DNA of 64,000 nt from Lepidodermella squamata (Eukaryota > Animalia > Gastrotricha), in the NCBI GenBank assembly GCA_047495785.1, contig JBLDXI010000015.1, positions 3,286,001-3,350,000 of the forward strand, in the 5' to 3' direction. The number at the start of each line of letters is the position of its first letter. The stretch's first letter is position 1. The notes under the pieces are model-generated. The model saw only the letters and a program-made list of their open reading frames with translations, was not told the origin of the DNA and ran no database searches. Positions 9,921 through 18,640 of this stretch are shown here, piece by piece. A program made the position numbers and the translations under genes.

Positions 9921-12439
9921 ATGAATGAGGGACTTGCCATATTAGGATTGGCGCCAGATCCAGCCTCGAAAAGGTAGCGAAATAACCGAAAACAATAATT
10001 TTATCCATCTTAAACAAATTTCAGCTTCGAGTCGCGGCTAACTCTCGAATGTTCGAATTGTTTGAAAAATACTTCGCCCGCCGAAAATGCCCATTTGAAC
10101 ATTGCAATGTCATCAGAAAGCAGCAAATTGCTGACCCGAGACTGGAGGGTCTTGAATTTTGAGTAAATTTCCATTATTTCTTTTTAATATTTTTCCTCGA
10201 AATTGAAAATTTTACAGAGTGGCCCAGATATGGTACAGATTCACTTGTGGAAGCTGTTCAGCTGAGGCAGAATTTGTGTTGGAGTTGAAGCCTGAGGGTT
10301 CTGTGACAACCGATTCGTCGAAGAGCCCAATAAAATCGATCACTTTGCCGAAAATTGATTACCACTTCAATATCAATCAGTTAGTTCGATTTATTTGAAA
10401 ATTTGTCCTTTTTTAAGATTATTTTTCAGGTTAGCAATTAGGGCGACTTATTGTTGTCGAAATTGTACGAAAGGTTCAGAGGTCGATATGTTGATCAAGG
10501 AAACGGATCTTTCTCCAGCTTTCGCCTATTACAGCGCGAGAAGAGCGTTCGAAACCGAGAAAGGGTAAGATGAAAAATTAAATTGATCAAAAATTTTGAT
10601 TTTTGAGAATTTATAGATCCAGCACCTTTTGCGCCGAGCTAGGCCGTCGTTGCAGCTCATGTCAGACCCTGTCGAGGCTGGAAGTAAAATTCACCGAAAG
10701 ATTGATCAAGGGCAGTCCTGAACCTCCTCCAAGGTAGGAAAAATAATTTAACTTACAACAGCGAAGCGTGTCCTTGGAAAATGGTCAAAAAATGGTAAAA
10801 TAGTTGCAGCATTGCGAGAAGATGGAAAAAGTCCGATTCAGTGGTATCTAAAATATGACACAAATCTTATTGAAACGATGGCTGTCAATAAAATTGAGAT
10901 TTCTGATAAATTCAGGTACAAGAAAAAAATGTTCACAGCCGATTTTTTAGCTGGATTTTTCCCCTTTTAAATGTAATCTTATTTGAGGGTTGAAAAAATG
11001 GGGTTTTCAATTTTTCTAAAACCATTTCATGTATCCAATCCTTCATTTTAATTCAATTTAATTTAATAAATAATTTATTAATTTATTATTAATTATTAAT
11101 TTATTGAACTAGCACCTAAACTTTAAATCTGTAGTAACTGCCTGTTAACGCCATTTTTCTTTTTAGGATTGAAAGTAAATCCAGCTTGCCGCTTGTTCCG
11201 ATGCCCAACTCGGTTAATGAAGAAAAATCTATGGTATCGAGTGACATTTCCCGATCTGCCTCACCTGTCGTGAGCGTTATCGATCACCCTGTTACACCGT
11301 GCCGGGTTGAAGTTGTCAAAGCTGATATCGTAATTGAACCGAAGGAGAAAACTAGCGAAGAAAAGCCATCAAAGTTGGAAGAACCCGAGCCGAAGGGGGT
11401 TAACAACTGTCTTTTCTGCCCGTTCACTTCTAATAGAGGAGGCGATCGCCTGCGCCATATGCGTAAAATGCACCCTGATGAAATCGCCTGCTACCCCGGT
11501 TCAACCCGTTGCAGTCATTGCCGCGAGATGTTTCCGAACTTGGTCTCTCTATCGCGCCACAATCGAAAGTGGAAAGGCCGCTGTGAACCGGCAGAAGAAA
11601 GCCAAGATTGGAAACTATCCTGTCGCTTTTGCGATTCGAAGGTTCGGAACAAGTCGATGAGGACCCGCCACGAACATTCCGAACACTTCGCTGAGCTTCA
11701 AAAGCTGCCGAAATTTCGCCGATGCGAGCTTTGCCCAGCTTATTTCCTGTCAGCACTCGGCTGGCAAAACCACCAGGCTTCATGCCACGCGCCGTCGAAT
11801 TCAGATTCAGTGATCCTATTAAGCGAAACCCCGGGTATTGCCATCCCTCAACCAGCGAAAATCGAGAAAAGCGAACCCCGCCGTGAAAGAAAACGGCGTA
11901 GGCCTATCATTGATGCATCTCAAACAGCGTCGAAAAGGCGATCTGTTCGGAAATCGGCGGGCATCAATTCGGATGGAAAGGGCTTCAAATCTATCGACGA
12001 TATGAAGAAATCAGCTCGCAGAAATGCGTCCAATCAGCGTTTCCAGTGCTCGTATTGCCCTGTTTTCTCGCGTTTAGCCTGGGCACTTCGCGAGCATGTT
12101 CGCAAAAATCACGACAATGAAGTTGCGAAGTTGGCGGGGTCGAAGCGTTGCGATGAGTGCCAGCAGTTTTTTCACAACGACCACGCCTTGCACATTCACC
12201 AGGGCCACTCCAAGGGCAAATGTGCAGCTTTGGGTGCGAAAGAGGAAAGCGACATTAAATGCTCCGTTTGCCACGAAATTTTCGCTAACGAGCCTTCGAA
12301 ATCAGCTCATGAGCGCTTCTCGCATCGCAGCTCTGCCGGAAATTCGGATTTGTCCGTGGCTCAACAGAAGCCGAGCGAAACCAGCCTGGTAGATCGGCCT
12401 AGGCATCTCGAACAGGAAAATGTCGATGTTGAAAATTGA
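9921..12439 (+). CDS. ZF-C: 4xCxxC domain + 7 zinc fingers (~625 aa)
   Basis: Exons 9921-9973, 10025-10162, 10218-10379, 10430-10564, 10617-10733, 11167-12439; all introns phase 2; ends ENVDVEN. Confidence 0.88.
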
Positions 12440-12559
12440 ACCTTATTTTTTGTGGTGAAATTCTAATTTTTCTGAATAAAATATATCGTGCTTATTTTGG
12501 GTGAAAAAATAAATTAATTTTATCATTATTCCCTGAAGTGTTTTTTTCAAGTTGAAATA

Positions 12560-14368
12560 ATGCGCGAAGCTATTTCGATCCTTGGATTCGATCCATACTC
12601 CTCCGATTCGTATGTTTCCTTGTTTCTATTTTATTCGATTTTCCTGGTGATTATTTCATTTTTTAAGGCCTGATTGTCGAGTAAAACTGTCTTGCAATAC
12701 CTGCCAACCGGCCAGTTGTCGGTTCCTGAACCTATCCCTAGCAGCTGGAACTAACCAACTTTCCGCTATAACATGTGTCATTTCAAATTTTCAGTAATCG
12801 ATTTTTCGAAGGATTCTTGATATTGTTAACGATTTTGATGATAGAACTGCTCAAGGCTATTACAGCTTCAATTGTCTGAACTGCTCCTCTGAAATCGAAA
12901 TCCTTATTGAGCTGAAATTCGGGAAAGATTCCCTCGACGAGAAATTAACTGCGGGGAATTCATCGGAAAGGTTCAGCAAAACTTACTTCAATTTCGATTT
13001 CAATCGGTAATTTCTAAACTGTGAAAGGTTGTAAAATTGGTAAAATCTCACTCAGTCTAGAGATTGAAACGCTGTTGTCCTGTCGAGCTTGTAAAGCTGA
13101 TTCAGCGGTTAAAATCTCCATTAATGCAAGCGGTTCGGCTCGCGTTTTCACTTCATTTCAAGCCTGTGAACCCTTCGATTTGAACGATGAGTAAGTATGG
13201 GCCTAGTGAGCGCCCTAAATGTAAGGTCCAAGCTCTGAATTTGGGGGTTCCAGCTCTAAATTGTCCCAAAATAGTATTTTTTAGTTTGCGCTCAAGCGGT
13301 ATGTTTGGGAGTTTTACTTCAGCTTTCAGCGCCGTTATCGCTTCCAAGTATCGATTTTACAAATCAGTGATTTTCCGATATTAGAAGTATTGGAAGCCAA
13401 CATCAAAAATGTTTCTACCTAGCTGATGGTACCAGGTAGCTAAAATAAAAAATCCGGAGTCATTGTGAGGATCGGTATCGATCGGGAAATCTCGGGAAAA
13501 ATCGGAAAATTTAGCGCTAGAATAACTTCAGAGCGTTTTATACAACATGCGTTTTCATTCCTCATTTTTAGTGGTAATCTTTTTTTGAAAACAGGTCCAG
13601 TTCATGCACTACTAATATTGGTTTCAGGTGCGATTGTCAGAGTTGTTCAGCACTGAGCATGAGCATTGTCGAGAAGTTAACTGTTCGTGATCACTTCCCG
13701 CGTGGAAGGTAGGATTACCTGTATTTTTTTAGCCGGTGAAATTAAAATTATATGTTTTTTTTTCAAGAAATGCAAGTCATGATGTGGGAAACTGCGGCGA
13801 AAATGTGAACAAATTTGATGAAGTGCTTTTTAAATCTGAAAGCGGGGTATCATCTACGAATGCCTCTCCTGCAAAAACTTCAGTTCCCAAACCGGTAACT
13901 TCAACGAGTAGGAATCGGAGCAAGATGGGAATGAAGAAACTGAATGAATGTCCTTATTGCTCGTTTGCAGCGGCAACTAATTTTGGAATCACGGATCACG
14001 TGCGAATTAGCCACCCTGGTGAAATGGCCAAGTTACCTGATACAAAACAATGCATCTTTTGCGGAATCTTTTTTAAAGACACCCGTGGTCTGAATGTTCA
14101 CTTGCGTCGAGGAAAGGGTGATTGTTCGCGTAAGGTGACTAACTCTGGTGGCACTATACGAGTCCGCTGCCAGTTCTGTGACAACACTTATCGTAGCAAA
14201 GCATCGGCTCGCACTCACAAGCGAAGGAAACATCCTGATAAACTGGCAAGACCACCAGGTTTCTACGGGTGTAAATATTGCCCGGCTGTTTTCATTAATC
14301 TCGGGCGTTACAAGATCCACCTCAAATCATGCATTTCAGCACCCAGACACGATTCAGAAAATATTTGA
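12560..14368 (+). CDS. ZF-D: 4xCxxC domain + 4 zinc fingers (~395 aa)
   Basis: Exons 12560-12609, 12668-12793, 12845-13006, 13056-13190, 13595-13708, 13768-14368; all introns phase 2. Confidence 0.85.
13197..13510. repeat. Dispersed repeat in ZF-D intron 4; inverted homolog in laminin intron 10
   Basis: agtatcgattttacaaatcagtgattttcc...ggtagctaaaataaa (~13347-13450) matches the reverse complement of ~21115-21210; flanks also align. Confidence 0.75.
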
Positions 14369-14431
14369 AAGGGCTTGCATTTTTTTGTTTTTCCCTGTAG
14401 TTCCTTAATCAGGTTTTCGTAGTGACTGTTC

Positions 14432-16268
14432 ATGGAAGGTAGCCTGTCGATAATTGGTTTGGCACCTTTTGCCTCAGATCCGACTGCCTCGAGGTTTGTG
14501 AAACTTCACCTGATTCAAATTATGAAAATATTCGTTTCTAAACAGCCCAGAATCAAGGTTGACATTGGAATGTACAAGGTGTTCGAAGATCCATTCATCA
14601 AGTCGAAATTCGAATCTGAAACTCGTCAACGTTTCAGTTACTTCCACGGAAGATTCGATCCAAGCCCGCGATTGGAATCTCATCGACTTCGAGTAATAAT
14701 AACTCCTCAATTTATTCTTATTTTATTCGGATTAATATAGGATTGCGCAAGTGTCCTATGTCTTCATTTGTAAGAGCTGCTCAGCTTGTGCAGAATTTGT
14801 GTTGGAGGTGAGGCCGAATGTTGGCAATTCGCAAGAACCCAGTGGAACCTCGTCTCTCGCATTCGGGAAAGTTAAATTCAACTTCCGCCTGACTGGGTTT
14901 GCCTTGTTTTAGCATTTTCAAGCTTGAGTATTGCAGTCATTTGTTACAGTCTAGGTATCTCGGCCTGCTATACCTGCAGGAGATGTGCGAGCCAGGCCGA
15001 AATTCAAATTTCCATCAAGGATAGGTTCGCGACCCCCATTTTTCTCGACTTCAGGGCGAGAAAGCCTTTGGAAATCCAACCAGAGTAGTTTTAGCTTCGA
15101 TTTTTGTAAAATATAAGTTCGAGATTTTTTCTGTCTAGATCCAGATGCAGCATGCTAGCTGTGGACCTCAGCCACCGTTGTAGCTCATGCCTGACTTTGT
15201 CGAATCTAGCGCTGAAGATAAAAGAGCATTTGGTCGATCCTATTCCTCCCGTTCTTGTTCGGTTTGTCCATAAACTTTCGACTATATAAACTAAAATGCT
15301 CCGATTTTTGCGGGTGTTCCAGGATTCCAACCGAACCCAATACACCGATTTCGAGCCCTCGTGCTGTCAGTCATTCTCGCGTTGTAAGTCCAGCGAAACA
15401 GTCCACTGTCGATTTGACTACGCCATCCCCGACCATCGCTATCGCTTTGCCCACTCCACCCCCCACCATCGCTACTGCCATCTCCTCGGAGGAGGATTCA
15501 ATTTTGAAAAAGAAGAGAGGCAGGAAACCCGGTAGCTTTAACAGGAAATCTTTAAAAAATCCACCTTAAATGATTTTTTTCATTTTTTTCCGCTTTAAAG
15601 GCCCCCGTGCTATGAAGTGTGCCGAATGTCCATTCGTGTCATCAGCCGTCGCCACCTTTGAAAGGCACAAGCGAATAGCCCACTCCGAAGCTGCGGTGGA
15701 ACCTGCCAGCGCGCGATGTGACAAATGTCACAAGAGCTTTTTGAACCCCCGCGGGCTTCTCGTTCATCGGATTAGGTCGAAGGGGAGCTGTTCGCCAGTG
15801 GTTGCCGCAGATGCTAGTCGAGAAGTTAGATGTACTTTCTGTCACAGTCTCTTTCCGCATAAGACATCGTTAAGTTTCCATGAGCGAAAGTACCACGTCG
15901 CGGAGCTGGAACAGTTGCCGACATTTCGCCGGTGCAACAATTGCCCGGCGTTTTTCAAAAACCTAGATAGTTTTCACAAGCATGTGCTGAATTGCATGCC
16001 GGGGCGAATCGGTTCCGTCTCTGACAGCAGGCCGAAGTGCCTGCGGTGCCACAAGAGTTTCCGCAGCAACCGCGCCTTGCGAAATCATCAAACGCATCGT
16101 TACCTCAACTGTTCACCGCCCGCCGGGAAACCGGTTTCGCACGCGTCAGAAATGGCCGAAAAATCTGCCGGCAATTCGAACGAAATGAGCATCACCCCTG
16201 GAAAATATGCACCGCCTTCTTCTAAGCTGGAGGCTGACATCGAACGAGTTGTTGATGTTGAAAATTGA
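14432..16268 (+). CDS. ZF-E: 4xCxxC domain + AT-hook-like motif + 5 zinc fingers (~499 aa)
   Basis: Exons 14432-14493, 14546-14692, 14741-14896, 14950-15084, 15139-15261, 15323-15531, 15601-16268; ends RVVDVEN. Confidence 0.86.
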
Positions 16269-16433
16269 TATCGGCTTATTTATAATTATATGGCTGCTTG
16301 GTAACTTGTCATGAAATTTCGTGACATTTTCTAGCTAGAAAAAGGTCATTTTTGTGTGCGTTTTATGACCTGTTGATTCACCTTGAAATTTCGTTTTTTG
16401 AACGTTTTTCCCTAATTTAGCAATAATTTTGAA

Positions 16434-17717
16434 ATGGCTAAATGTCTTTCTATATGCTCGGTTCAGCTCGGTGCAATACTCGATCCGGCAGATCCTGCTA
16501 TTTCGTCGTATGATTCATTTCTATTAAACGTCAGTAATATTTGATGGTTTGAAACGCAGCCACGATTCAACATTGGTTTTACTGTGTTCACGTCCCAAAG
16601 CTGGTGAAAAACACAAACAGCTTCTAAATCTGTCGGTATCTTCAAAAACTGCGAAAATTTCGCTGGTGCAGAAGGTCGAGTTCAATGCGAGGCAAGTTTA
16701 TCAACTAGAAAAAAATCGCATTTACACCATAATTCTTCATTTTTTAAGGATAGCGAAGATTTGCCACGTCATTACTTGTGGAGCTTGTGCGACGCCATTG
16801 AACTTTTCCTTGGGGTGGAAAATTCTGGGGGAAAATGAGGCGTCAGATCAACCCCCGGCTGTTTTGCCGATTGTCCAATCTGCGAATAAAATCGACTATT
16901 TGTTCCAGCTCAATAGGTTGGTTTTTCCAGCATTACCTATATTCCGAAAATCGTTAACTTCGATATTTTTGTTCCTAGACTTGACTTGGAAACCATGCAT
17001 TGCTGTTCAAGCTGTGGGCACGAATTCACAGTTGAAACGTGTCTGAGTGGGAAATATTCCTCACTTGTTTTGACCAATTTTGAGGTCAAAGAGCCGACGG
17101 AGCTTGCGGCGTTTCCCGTATTGGAAATCGGTCACCGATGTTTCTCGTGTAGAGCTCCGTCTAGATTACTCCTGAAAATCGAAGATGCAGAATCAGCATC
17201 TGAACCCGATGAATCTGTTTCTGAGGAAGATCATGTAGATTATCCTAACATCACCGAGGAAAATCGAAAGACAATGCTTGCCAAGATGGTGAAATGTGGC
17301 TATTGTGGGTACAGTGGAAGGTGCCGAGGTCATCTCAACTTGCACATGCGGTTAAATCACAGGGAAGAAATCGCGCGATTGCCGGGTTCAAGGCGATGCA
17401 GCTCGTGTGGCATGGTTTTTCCCAACAAGCTTAGCTATATCAGGCATCGGCTGCAGCTAAGTTGTGATAAGATGTTGCTTGTTTATCAATCCGACGGCAC
17501 TGCTAAGATGAAATGTCGATTTTGTGATTCTGCGTTTCAATCCCTCTCAGGCATAGCAAGGCATGAGCGATCCCAACACCAGGATAGTTTGTCAAAATTA
17601 ACTGCTTCGAAGCGGTGCGAGAACTGTTTCTTACAATTTACAAAGTCTTCTGGATTGGAACTGCATGCAAAAGCCTGTCGAAAAAATGGCGCACGTAATA
17701 GCCGGTGCACAATTTGA
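16434..17717 (+). CDS. ZF-F: divergent 4xCxxC domain + 4 zinc fingers (~370 aa)
   Basis: Exons 16434-16507, 16560-16691, 16749-16916, 16979-17717. Intron 2 has a GC donor; modules 3-4 and the fingers lie in one exon. Confidence 0.8.
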
Positions 17718-17839
17718 TTTGACGACATCAAGTTGGAGATATCATTCATGCTTAAAATTCTAATTATAATTGCCCGATATATTTTGCTTGATATGTATGA
17801 ATATTTTTTGAATGATGTTTAATAAAATACGAGCGTTCG

Positions 17840-18206
17840 CAACTCGCACATGCGGTTAAATCACATGGAAGAAATTGCGCGATTGCCGGGTTCACAACGA
17901 TGCAGTTCGTGTGGCATGGTTTTTGCTAATGCCCTGAGTTATGAAAGGCATCGGCAACAGTTATGTTGTAATAAAATGCTGCTTACTCATCTACCTGACG
18001 GCACTGTTAAGGTGAAATGTCAATTTTGTGATTCGGCGTTTCAATTAGCTGCGAGCAAAGCAAGGCATGAGCGAAAACTACACAACGATAGTTTAGCGAA
18101 ATTAACTACTTCAAAGCAATGCGAGAAATGCCTCTTATACTTCGACTCTTATTCTTCTGGAATAAAATGCCATGCAAAATCGTGCCGCAAAAGATCGCGC
18201 ATGTAA
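17840..18206 (+). pseudogene. 5'-truncated duplicate of the ZF-F finger array
   Basis: Homology to ~17337-17700 starts inside finger 1 (HMRLNH, no CxxC) and extends into the 3' UTR; a 118-codon frame remains open. Confidence 0.7.
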
Positions 18207-18640
18207 TGGCCGATGATGAAATTAAGTTGACAACATGAAGTTGGACATCATTTATGCTACAGTTTCCTAATTATGATGATTAATTAAGGTCAATAAACTA
18301 TTTTCTTTATCAAGTTTTGTCATTTTACGTCAAGAATACCTATCAACTGTGTGGTTAAGGATCTCACGAATCCGAACAAACGGCAGACCGATTCATCAGC
18401 GGTGTTCGACTTTATTGCCCTTCATCAAATTAAAGCGAATTTAAACAACAAGAATGGTTTGACAGTTGAAAAAAATTGAGCATGCAAACAATTGAGTTTT
18501 GATTGAAATCTGTTCCGGAAAAAAAGACATTTTGATTGGTCCGTATAAAGCTTGAGCACTAAAATTATCGAAAAACAACGATACTAAAACGATGGTCAAA
18601 TAGCATGCTCAGAAAAAGAAATATTATAACAAAACAAAAT

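Noticed and set aside
4686-17180. Calling the N-terminal domain ZAD, RING, PHD, LIM or THAP
   Set aside because: CxxC pairs are ~43-53 residues apart over ~200 aa of predicted beta structure, which fits none of these spacings.
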